Positions 1 to 7,320 of a stretch of DNA of 20,851 nt are shown one piece after another. Within the stretch, counting starts at the first letter, position 1; every line of letters starts with the position of its first letter. The notes beneath the pieces are model-generated. The model saw nothing but the letters and a program-made list of their open reading frames with translations. It was not told the origin of the DNA and did not search any database. The position numbers were made by a program, and so were the translations under genes. Source of the stretch: Myxococcales bacterium (lineage in GTDB: Bacteria; Myxococcota; Myxococcia; Myxococcales; Anaeromyxobacteraceae); assembly GCA_038320275.1 (NCBI GenBank), contig JBBQEB010000057.1, positions 1 through 20,851 on the forward strand, written 5' to 3'.

Positions 1-1
1 G

Positions 2-1285
2 AAGGAGCTGCGTCTGCGCAACTGGGACGCGTTCCCCGTGCCGGCCTCGTCCATCGACGCGCTCGTCCTCACGCACGCGCACATCGACCACACCGGTGCG
101 GTACCGCTCCTCGTCCGGCAGGGCTTTCGAGGGCCCATCTACTGCACCTCGGCGACGCGGGACCTCGCGCACCTCCTCCTGCCGGACTCCGGCCGGCTGC
201 AGGAGGAGGAGGCGCGCTGGGCCAACCAGAAAGGTAGCTCGCGCCACGCGCCGAACGCGAAGCCGCTCTACGGCGAGGCGGAGGCGCTCCAGGCGCTCCG
301 GCAGCTCGTCCCCCTACCCTACGGCGCCCGCACCGCGATCCAGACCGGCGCCGCGATCACCTTTCACCGCGCCGGCCACATCCTGGGGAGCGCCACCGTG
401 GAGCTCGAGGTCCCGCTCGAGGGCGGGGCGCGCCGGCGGGTGCTCTTCTCCGGGGATCTGGGGCGCTACGGGGCGCCCATCCTGCCCGACCCCGACCCCG
501 CCTGCGCCGCCGACGACGTGCTGGTGGAGTGCACCTATGGTGACAGGCTCCACCACGGCGATGCGCGCGCGGAGCTCGCGAGCGAGGTGCTGCGCGCCGC
601 CGAGCGCGGCGGGGCGCTCCTCGTGCCATCCTTCGCCATCGGGCGCACCCAGGAGATCCTGTTCCACCTGCGCGCGCTGGAGGCGGACGGGCTCATCCCC
701 GAGCTGCCCGTCTTCGTCGATTCGCCGATGGCCTGCGACGCGACCCCGATCTACCTCGCCCACCGCGAGGACCACGACGACGAGATGGCGCGGCTGTTCT
801 CGACAGGCGTCGAGCCGCTGCGGCCCGCCCGCCTCACCTTCGCGCGATCGCCGGAGCAGTCCAAGGCGGTGAACCGGGTGGAGGGCGCTTGCATCGTGAT
901 CTCCGCCTCGGGAATGGCCACCGGAGGCCGCATCCTGCACCACCTCGCGCGCCGGCTCCCCGACGCGCGCACCACCGTCCTGCTCGTCGGCTACCAGGCA
1001 GCGGGGACGCGCGGCGCGAGCCTGCAGGCGGGCGCGGCTTCGGTGCGCATCTTCGGCGAGGAGGTGCCGGTGCGCGCCTCGGTCGTCACCATCTCCGGCT
1101 TCTCGGCGCACGGGGACAAGGACGAGGTGGGGCGCTGGCTGGCGAGCCTGCCGCGCCCGCCGGCCCGGGTGTTCTGCGTGCACGGCGAGCCCTCCGGCCT
1201 GGAGGCCACCCGCGCGCGGCTCGCGGCCCTGGGCTGGACCGCCGAGGTGCCGCACCACCTCGAAGAGTTCGAGCTCGCCGCGTGA
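2..1285 (+). CDS. MBL-fold metallo-hydrolase, beta-CASP family (RNA-processing nuclease-like); 5' end lies outside the window
   Basis: The frame is open from base 2 (KELRLRNWDAFPVPASSID...). Motifs THAHIDH, AGHILG, SGDLG, ECTYG, FSAHGD and VHGE are typical of beta-CASP/RMMBL proteins. The ORF-track start at 38 is internal. Confidence 0.92.
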   Translation, partial: KELRLRNWDAFPVPASSIDALVLTHAHIDHTGAVPLLVRQGFRGPIYCTSATRDLAHLLLPDSGRLQEEEARWANQKGSSRHAPNAKPLYGEAEALQALRQLVPLPYGARTAIQTGAAITFHRAGHILGSATVELEVPLEGGARRRVLFSGDLGRYGAPILPDPDPACAADDVLVECTYGDRLHHGDARAELASEVLRAAERGGALLVPSFAIGRTQEILFHLRALEADGLIPELPVFVDSPMACDATPIYLAHREDHDDEMARLFSTGVEPLRPARLTFARSPEQSKAVNRVEGACIVISASGMATGGRILHHLARRLPDARTTVLLVGYQAAGTRGASLQAGAASVRIFGEEVPVRASVVTISGFSAHGDKDEVGRWLASLPRPPARVFCVHGEPSGLEATRARLAALGWTAEVPHHLEEFELAA

Positions 1286-2100
1286 GCCAGCTCCTCCTCG
1301 ACGCGGGCATGGGCACCGCCCTCCTGGACGCGGGACTCCCCTCCTTGCCCGAAGCCTGGCTCTTCGAGCGGCCGGAGGCCATCGCAGCGGTGCACCGGGC
1401 CCACGCTGCCGCCGGGGCCCAGGTGGTGCTCACCTGCACCTTCAACCTCGCCGGCCCGCGCCTGCGCGACGAGGGGGTGGAGGAGGGGCTGGAGGCCCTG
1501 GCGATGCGCGCGGTGGAGCTCGCCCGCGCCGCGGCGCCCGGCGCGCGCGTGGCCGGCGCCGTCGGCCCCACCCTGCTCGCCGGAAGTGCCCCCGAGTCGG
1601 CGCTTCGGGAGCGCTTCGAGGCGCCGTTCCGCGCCCTGGCCGCGGCGGGGTGCGACCTCCTTTGGACGGAGAGCCACTGGGATCTGCCGGAGGCCCGCGC
1701 TGCGCTCTCGGCCGCGCGTGCGGCAGGACTTCCGGCGGTGACGACGTTCACGTTCCGCGACGAGGGCGGCGCGCTCGCCGCCGCTTCCGGCGAGCCCGCG
1801 CTGGCTTGCCTGGAAGAGCTGGCGCAGGGCACCGTCGCGGTGGGGGCGAACTGCCTTCTCCCCGGGGCTCCGCTCGAGGGGCTCCTCCGTGCGGCCGCGT
1901 CGCGCCTCGCCCTTCCGCTGATCGCGAAGCCCTCCGCTGGGCTGCCCGGCTCGCTCCTCACCCCCGAGGCGTTCGGAGCCTGGGTCTTGGAGCTCTCCCG
2001 CGCCGGGGCACGCTGGGTGGGCGGCTGCTGCGGCTCGGGCGCGGCCCACCTCGAGGCCGCCGGCCGGGCGGTCCGCCAAGGCGCTCAAGCCCGCGGGTAG
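1282..2100 (+). CDS. Homocysteine S-methyltransferase family protein (stand-alone Hcy-binding domain, 272 aa)
   Basis: GTG at 1282 overlaps the upstream TGA (GTGA). N-terminal LLDAGMGT, TCTFN, and Zn-ligand motifs GANC and GGCCG. It is the C-terminal part of ORF 889..2100. Confidence 0.9.
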   Translation: MSQLLLDAGMGTALLDAGLPSLPEAWLFERPEAIAAVHRAHAAAGAQVVLTCTFNLAGPRLRDEGVEEGLEALAMRAVELARAAAPGARVAGAVGPTLLAGSAPESALRERFEAPFRALAAAGCDLLWTESHWDLPEARAALSAARAAGLPAVTTFTFRDEGGALAAASGEPALACLEELAQGTVAVGANCLLPGAPLEGLLRAAASRLALPLIAKPSAGLPGSLLTPEAFGAWVLELSRAGARWVGGCCGSGAAHLEAAGRAVRQGAQARG

Positions 2101-2903
2101 GAGCCGAAGAGGTGCAGCGCGTGGACCCGCGCGGTCACCCCGGCCATCGCCTCGACGCCCCGCGGGTCGGCCCGATGACCCTCGAAGTCCACGAAGAAAA
2201 CGTAGTGCCCCAGGGCCTGCTTGTTGGGGCGGCTCTCGATGCGGGAGAGGTTGATCCCGCGCCGCGCCAGCTCCCCCAGCACTTCGTACAGCCCGCCGGG
2301 CCGATCTCGGTCGAGGGTGAAGGCGATGCTGGTGCGGTCGCGGCCCGTGGGCTTCTCGTCCTCGCGCCCCACCAGCACGAAGCGGGTCGCGTTGCCCTCG
2401 CTGTCCTGGATCCCGTCCGCGAGGACCTCGAGCCCGTAGCGCTCGGCGGCCGCAGCGGAGGCGACCGCGGCGACGCCCTCCTCGCGGGCGGCGTGGCGGG
2501 CGGCGTCGGCGGTGGAGAGCGCCGGCTCCAGCGGGACCCCGGGCAGCTTCGACTTCAGGAAGATCCCGCACTGCGCCAGCGCGATGGGAATGGAGAGCAC
2601 GCGGCGGACGTCGCCCAGCGCGAGGCCGGGCGCGGCGAGCAGGTTCTGACGCACCGGCAGGAGAACCTCGCGGCAGATGCGCAGCCCGGGCCGGTGGAGG
2701 AGCAGGTCGAGCGTCGCCGGGATGCTGCCCTCGAGCGAGTTCTCGATGGGCACGAGGGCAAAGTTCACCTCGCCGCGCAGGAGCCCCTCGAAGACCTCGG
2801 GGATGGAGGGGTAGTCGCGCCGCTCCGCGCCCGAGACGAGGTCGCACCGCCCCACCGCCTCGTCGCTGAAGGTGCCGGGAGGGCCGAGGTATCCCACGCG
2901 CAT
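2085..2903 (-). CDS. pheA: Prephenate dehydratase, monofunctional (PDT + ACT domain)
   Basis: MRVGYLGPPGTFS start, VPIENSLEGS, catalytic NATRF, ACT-domain NLSRIESRP and FGSYP end. No chorismate mutase domain. ATG at 2903. Confidence 0.93.
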   Translation of the reverse strand: MRVGYLGPPGTFSDEAVGRCDLVSGAERRDYPSIPEVFEGLLRGEVNFALVPIENSLEGSIPATLDLLLHRPGLRICREVLLPVRQNLLAAPGLALGDVRRVLSIPIALAQCGIFLKSKLPGVPLEPALSTADAARHAAREEGVAAVASAAAAERYGLEVLADGIQDSEGNATRFVLVGREDEKPTGRDRTSIAFTLDRDRPGGLYEVLGELARRGINLSRIESRPNKQALGHYVFFVDFEGHRADPRGVEAMAGVTARVHALHLFGSYPRA

Positions 2904-2961
2904 GCCCCCTTGTAGCAGCGCTTCCCTTGGGGCTCCACCTCGCGGGCGCGGTCCCACAGCC

Positions 2962-4788
2962 TCAGCGTTGACGCAAGAGCGCTCGCTCCAGCACGGGCAG
3001 GCGCGGGTCGGAAGGCGCTACCTCGCGCAGGCGCCCCAGGCGTGCGCGCGCGAGCGGACCGTCACCGCGACGCAGCGCCGCCTCGACGCCCGCGACGAGG
3101 GCGTCGGCTCCGCCGAGCACGCCCTCCGCTTCCATCGACGCGAGGTCGGCCTCGCAGGCCGCGCTCCGCTCCAGCTCGCAGCGCGCTAGAGCGCGGGTGA
3201 TCCGCGCCTCGCGGAAGCCGGGCGAGAGCGCCACCGCGCGTGAAGCCTCGGTGAGCTCCGCCGCGTGCTCCCCGGCGAGGTGGTGCGCCGAGGCGAGGTT
3301 GAGGCGCGCCTCGGGCCACGCCGGCGAGAGCGCCACCGCCCGCCCCGCCTCGGCGAGCGCTCCTGCCGCGTCACCCGAGCGCAGGCGCGCCCAGGCGAGC
3401 GCGTTGGCCGCGCGGGCGGAGCGGGGCGCGCGAGAGGCGGCCAGCGCGAGCCGCCGCTGGGACTCATCGAGACGGCCCGCGCGCCCTGCCGCGATGCCGA
3501 GGTAGAGGTTCGCCAGGGGATCGCCGGGGTCCACCGCCGCGGCCGACGCGAACAGGCTGGCGTCATCCTCCCATGCCGGGAGGCGGGCGCGCACTGCGGC
3601 CATCGACCCGAGCGCGAGCACCGCGGTGCTGGCGGCGAGGGCGCGCCCGGAGGCAGGGGCGCGGCGGAGGGCGGCCGCGATTCCGGCGGCGAGGAGCCAG
3701 GCGAGCCCCGCCGACGGGAGGTGGAGGTAGCGCTCGGGAAGCTGACCGGTGATCCCGCTCGCGAGGCCGGCCGGCACGAGTGGCGCGAGGAACAGCGCGG
3801 CCGCCGGGGCGAGGTCGCGCCTCTTCCAGGCGAGAGCGACCAGTGCGAGGGCGACGGCCGCGCCCGCTGCGGCGAGAAGGATCGCCTGTCCAGCCTCGGC
3901 CGCAGGATGACTGATGGTCAAAGGCAGCGGCGCGACCGCACGGCCGAGGTACGCCGCGAACGCGCCGAGAATCCGAAGGCCTCCCTCGCCTGGCGTTGGA
4001 GCCCCCATCGGCGCGATGTGAAGCGCGCTGCGCAGGGCCCACCAGGTGGCGAGCGCCACCGCGACCGCGCACCACCGCGGCGCCGCTGCGCGCGCCGGTC
4101 GCCGGGCCGCGAGGTCGTCCGCCAGTACCACGGCGGCCATCGCTGCGAAGCCCTCCTTGGAGAGAAGCCCGCACAAGAAGAGGAGCCCGTGCAGCCCGGC
4201 TCTCCGGTAGCCCGGCGCCCACGGCAGGAGAAGGAGCGCGAGGGCGAAGAGCGTGGCGAGGAGGTCGTACCGACAGCTCACCCAGGCCACCGCCTCGACG
4301 GAGGCCGGATGGACGGCCCACAGGAGCGCCGCCAGCGCCCCCGCGACGCCCGCGGCGGCCCCTCCCCCGAGCCGCCGGCGGAGCAAGAGGACGAGCAGCG
4401 CTGCCGAGGCCGCCTGGAGGATCACGCTTCCGGCGTGGAGAGCGGCGGGACCCTGGCCGAAACGGGAGTCGAGCCAGAAGGACAGCGTCGCCACAGGCCG
4501 CCAGTAGCCGCTGGGCGCATCGGGCGGGCTCGCGAAGGCGTACAGGTCGCAGCGCAGCGCGCGCAGGAGACCGCCGGCCCCACCGCCGAGCGCCGGGCTC
4601 GTGCGCACGTACGGGAGGTCGTCCCAGGCGAAGCCGAGGCCCAGGGCCGGCAGGTCGGTGGCGACGACCGCCAGGGCGACCAGGGCGGGCGCTGCGGCCA
4701 GGGCGAGCCTTGCGGCCCTGCCTGCCCCGACACCGCGCGCGGCCCCCTCTCCCGGGCCGGCGCTCGCTCGCGACGGGCGAACCTTCAC
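2962..4788 (-). CDS. TMTC-like multi-pass membrane protein with C-terminal TPR repeats (putative GT-C protein glycosyltransferase), 608 aa
   Basis: GTG at 4788 overlaps the hydrolase stop (GTGA). Motifs FAWDD, YWRP, VHP..VEAVAW...RYD, LLSKE, ERYLHLP and W.DD.SLF, many hydrophobic helices, and Ala-rich TPR-like helices at the C-terminus. Confidence 0.82.
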   Translation of the reverse strand: MKVRPSRASAGPGEGAARGVGAGRAARLALAAAPALVALAVVATDLPALGLGFAWDDLPYVRTSPALGGGAGGLLRALRCDLYAFASPPDAPSGYWRPVATLSFWLDSRFGQGPAALHAGSVILQAASAALLVLLLRRRLGGGAAAGVAGALAALLWAVHPASVEAVAWVSCRYDLLATLFALALLLLPWAPGYRRAGLHGLLFLCGLLSKEGFAAMAAVVLADDLAARRPARAAAPRWCAVAVALATWWALRSALHIAPMGAPTPGEGGLRILGAFAAYLGRAVAPLPLTISHPAAEAGQAILLAAAGAAVALALVALAWKRRDLAPAAALFLAPLVPAGLASGITGQLPERYLHLPSAGLAWLLAAGIAAALRRAPASGRALAASTAVLALGSMAAVRARLPAWEDDASLFASAAAVDPGDPLANLYLGIAAGRAGRLDESQRRLALAASRAPRSARAANALAWARLRSGDAAGALAEAGRAVALSPAWPEARLNLASAHHLAGEHAAELTEASRAVALSPGFREARITRALARCELERSAACEADLASMEAEGVLGGADALVAGVEAALRRGDGPLARARLGRLREVAPSDPRLPVLERALLRQR

Positions 4789-5729
4789 GGCGCCAGCGCG
4801 CCAGCCGCGCTGCGGGGCGGCGCCCCATCGGCACTCGAAGATGGCGTGGCCGCCGCGCGCAGGATGAAGTCCTCCACCGCGGGCCAGTTTCGCTCCAGCG
4901 CCTCGGCGTGGCGCGCGCCCGGGACGAGGCGGAGCTCGCGCGCTCCACCGAGCGCGTTGAAGACGCGCTCCGAGTGCACGGGAGGGGTGTTTCGGTCGGC
5001 CGCGCCGTGCACGAGCAGGACCGGCGCGAGCACCCGCGGGGCGGCCAGGACGGGGCTCGCCTCCGCGATCCGGAATTTGCCCTCCTCCTCCGCCAGCCGG
5101 AAGGCCCGCCGAAGCTGGCGCTCGCTCGCGAACCAGGGCGCGCGGTCGCGGGCGATGCTCTCCAGGTCGGAGAAGGTCGCCGCCGCGACCACCGCCTGGA
5201 TGCGCCGGTCCTCCGCCGCGGCCTGCAGCGCCACGGCTCCTCCCAGGGACACGCCGACCACCACCACCCGTACGCCGCCGAGGAGGTCGAGAGCGCGCGC
5301 GAGATCCTGGCGCTCCAGCACTCCATAGGTGCAGGCGTCGCCCCCCGAGGCGCCGTGCGCGCGGAGGTCGAACGCGAGCACGTCGAAGCCGAGCGGGACC
5401 AGGCGCTCGGCGAGCCAGGTTCCCGAGGCGCGCGTGTCCGAGATCCCGTGCAGGTACACCACCGCCGCTTCCCGGCGCGGCTCCCGGGCGGCGAAGCGCC
5501 ACCCCCGCAGCGTCGCGCCAGCGCTGCAGAAGGCGATATCGCGGTGCGGGAGCGCTGGCTCCGGTCCGGGAGCTTGCCTGCGAGGATGCAGCAGCGCGGC
5601 CGCGCCCCAGCCCGGCGGCATGCATCCGGGCAATGTCGCGAGGAGCGCGCCCACCATGGCTGTCGAGGATCTGGGCTGCGCGCGGCGGGCGGCCCCTGCT
5701 CCTGGCACCTTTTTTCGCCCGGCAGCCAC
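4785..5729 (-). CDS. Alpha/beta-fold hydrolase, possibly a lipoprotein
   Basis: YLHGI oxyanion region, FDLRAHGAS, nucleophile elbow GVSLG, HGAAD (Asp) and GARH (His). LLATLPGC resembles a lipobox. The start is uncertain: GTG 5729, GTG 5708 or ATG 5657. Confidence 0.88.
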   Translation of the reverse strand: MAAGRKKVPGAGAARRAQPRSSTAMVGALLATLPGCMPPGWGAAALLHPRRQAPGPEPALPHRDIAFCSAGATLRGWRFAAREPRREAAVVYLHGISDTRASGTWLAERLVPLGFDVLAFDLRAHGASGGDACTYGVLERQDLARALDLLGGVRVVVVGVSLGGAVALQAAAEDRRIQAVVAAATFSDLESIARDRAPWFASERQLRRAFRLAEEEGKFRIAEASPVLAAPRVLAPVLLVHGAADRNTPPVHSERVFNALGGARELRLVPGARHAEALERNWPAVEDFILRAAATPSSSADGAPPRSAAGALAP

Positions 5730-5740
5730 GTTCAACAAGG

Positions 5741-5746
5741 AGTATA
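5741..5746 (-). promoter_or_regulatory. Putative -10 box (TATACT) for the hydrolase/TMTC-like operon
   Basis: Near-consensus hexamer in an AT-richer intergenic patch, 11 nt before the in-frame GTG at 5729. No clear -35. Confidence 0.5.
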
Positions 5747-5786
5747 GCTGCACTTTCCAGGTGATGATCTCCGGGACCGGGTGCTG

Positions 5787-5807
5787 TGACCTGGCCCCGG
5801 CAGGTCA
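5787..5807. promoter_or_regulatory. Perfect inverted repeat TGACCTG-N7-CAGGTCA, candidate transcription-factor site
   Basis: 7-7-7 palindrome in the divergent intergenic region, 35 nt upstream of the OmpA-family ATG. Confidence 0.4.
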
Positions 5808-5842
5808 AAGGTCGCAATCGAACCCCAAAGGAGAACGATCGC

Positions 5843-6715
5843 ATGAAGAGACTGCTCACGGTGGTCGCGGTGCTCGGCGCAGCTTGCGCCGGGGCGTCAC
5901 GTCAGACCTCTCCCCCAGGCGCGCCCAACACCATCTGCATGCCCTGTGGCAACGCGTGCCAGTTCCCTTGCACACCGGGTGAAACCGCGGTCGCCGCCGC
6001 ACCCAAGGCCGCGCCCAAGCCCGCGCCCGCGCCGGTCCAGGTCGCGGCTCCCGTCCAGCCCCCGCCGCCCCCGGCCGAGCCGGTCGCCGCCACCACCTTC
6101 GATCCTCCCGGCGGGCCCATGACGGGGCGCCAGATGGTGACGCTCTCCACGTCCACCCCGGGCGCGGTCATCCACTACACCACCGACGGCACCGACCCCA
6201 GCGCGTCGTCGCCGGTGTACTCGGCGCCCATCCCGGTGGAGGGGAACACCACCCTGAAGGCCATCGCCTCGGCTCCCGGCGCGCCGGATAGCCCCATCGC
6301 CACCTCCGCCTACACGGTGGCCGCCCCGACGCCGCCGCCCGCGCCGGAGACCCCGCGCGTGACGGTGACCAAGGAGAAGCTCGAGCTCAAGGACAAGGTC
6401 TTCTTCCGCACCGGCAAGTCCATCATCGACCCGAAGTCCGACTCGCTCCTCGACGAGGTGGCGACCGCGCTCCAGAGCCACGACGAGGTGAAGCACGTCG
6501 TCGTCGAGGGCCACACCGACTCCTCCGGCAGCGCCAAGCTCAACCGCAAGCTGTCGCTCGCCCGTGCCCGGGCCGTCCGCAAGTACCTCGTGGACAAGGG
6601 CGTCACCGCCAGTAGGCTCGACGCCCGCGGCTTCGGTCCCTCGCAGCCCGTCGCCGACAACGACACGCCCGACGGCCGCGAGCAGAACCGGCGCGTGGAG
6701 TTCATCATCCGCTGA
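5843..6715 (+). CDS. OmpA-family protein (probable lipoprotein): Cys-rich N-terminus, Pro/Ala linker, CHB_HEX_C/Fn3-associated domain, OmpA-like peptidoglycan-binding domain
   Basis: SD AAGGAG at 5828-5833. Signal MKRLLTVVAVLGAAC, IHYTTDGTDP (CHB_HEX_C-like), and EGHTDSSG..LN..LS..RA..V..YL plus GREQNRRVEF (OmpA C-terminal domain). Confidence 0.92.
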   Translation: MKRLLTVVAVLGAACAGASRQTSPPGAPNTICMPCGNACQFPCTPGETAVAAAPKAAPKPAPAPVQVAAPVQPPPPPAEPVAATTFDPPGGPMTGRQMVTLSTSTPGAVIHYTTDGTDPSASSPVYSAPIPVEGNTTLKAIASAPGAPDSPIATSAYTVAAPTPPPAPETPRVTVTKEKLELKDKVFFRTGKSIIDPKSDSLLDEVATALQSHDEVKHVVVEGHTDSSGSAKLNRKLSLARARAVRKYLVDKGVTASRLDARGFGPSQPVADNDTPDGREQNRRVEFIIR

Positions 6716-6762
6716 CAGGCGGCCTGTCGAAGCCTGGGGGCGCTTCCACAGCCCCGCTGTCG

Positions 6763-6799
6763 AAAACGGGAACCGGGCATCGCGCCGGTTCCCGTTTTT
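6763..6799. terminator. Rho-independent, probably bidirectional terminator
   Basis: AAAACGGGAACCGG-N8-CCGGTTCCCGTTTTT: a perfect 14-bp inverted repeat with A and T tracts, between the convergent ompA-like gene and the tRNA. Confidence 0.85.
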
Positions 6800-6847
6800 C
6801 TTGGCGGTGGGCGACCCAGGCCTTGGTCTACCCCGATGTCGACCCAC

Positions 6848-6876
6848 AAAGAAAAGGCCCCCGGGGAAGGGGGCCT
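6848..6876 (-). terminator. Rho-independent terminator of the tRNA-Val transcript
   Basis: Minus strand reads AGGCCCCC-TTCCCC-GGGGGCCT-TTTCTTT, 10 nt after the tRNA 3' end. Confidence 0.8.
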
Positions 6877-6886
6877 GAAATGACTG

Positions 6887-6958
6887 TGGGCGCTGCAGGT
6901 TTCGAACCTGCGACCCCAGCCGTGTGAAGGCTGTGCTCTACCGCTGAGCTAAGCGCCC
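6887..6958 (-). tRNA. tRNA-Val (anticodon CAC), CCA not encoded
   Basis: Minus strand GGGCGCTTAGCTCAGCGGTAGAGCACAGCCTTCACACGGCTGGGGTCGCAGGTTCGAAACCTGCAGCGCCCA folds into a cloverleaf. Anticodon arm CAGCC-TTCACAC-GGCTG; T-loop TTCGAAA. Confidence 0.97.
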
Positions 6959-6971
6959 GGAACGGCGGCGG

Positions 6972-7000
6972 AGTATGCCGATGGCTCCGGGGGGTGTCAA
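6972..7000 (-). promoter_or_regulatory. Sigma70-type promoter of tRNA-Val
   Basis: TTGACA (7000-6995), 17-nt spacer, CATACT (6977-6972), then a GC-rich discriminator CCGCCGCC. Ends 13 nt before the tRNA. Confidence 0.85.
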
Positions 7001-7320
7001 CGGGAACCGCTGCTGCCCGGGCCCGTTCTGGAGTCGGGCGGCGGCCCCCCGTCGAGCTTCTCCCCCAGCTCGCGCGCCTTGCGCTTGAGGCGCGCCACCT
7101 GCTTGCGCAGGTCGGCGTAATCCGGCCGCGCGGCGAGGCCCGCCAGGTGGAAGGCGCGCTCCTGGGTCGACTGCACCAGCTGCAGGGTCCGCTGAGCGAG
7201 GCCGACCGCCCGGGCCATCGCCTCCTGCCCCCGAGGATGTGCGAGGAGCACGCCCGCCGCCCGCCCCGCCACCCGCACGCCGCTCTCGAAGAGATCTTCT
7301 GCCAGCTTTCGCTCCTTCAC
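6997..7320 (-). CDS. Small helical/coiled-coil protein (107 aa), StkC-like by position
   Basis: GTG at 7320 overlaps the SCP2 stop (GTGA) and has a GAAGGAGG SD upstream. Coiled-coil DYADLRKQVARLKRKARELGEKL. Third gene after an StkA-like Hsp70 and an SCP2 protein. Confidence 0.7.
   Translation of the reverse strand: MKERKLAEDLFESGVRVAGRAAGVLLAHPRGQEAMARAVGLAQRTLQLVQSTQERAFHLAGLAARPDYADLRKQVARLKRKARELGEKLDGGPPPDSRTGPGSSGSR

Noticed and set aside
5703..5718. TGGCAC...TTCGC as a sigma54 promoter for the ompA-like gene
   Set aside because: GG-to-GC spacing is 11 rather than the strict 10 nt, and the site probably lies within the hydrolase coding region.
2962..5859. 965-aa ORF taken as a single giant protein
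   Set aside because: The N-terminal ~355 aa is Arg/Gly/Pro-rich off-frame translation of the hydrolase gene. The real CDS starts at the GTGA overlap at 4788.
5990..6085. Repetitive GCC/CCC-rich tract as a DNA repeat or array
   Set aside because: It is explained by the Pro/Ala linker (APKAAPKPAPAP) of the OmpA-family protein; there is no repeat-spacer periodicity.
6807..6892. GTGGGCG repeated at about 6807 and at the tRNA 3' end, as a possible att site
   Set aside because: Only 7 nt in GC-rich DNA, and there is no integrase or foreign DNA next to the tRNA.
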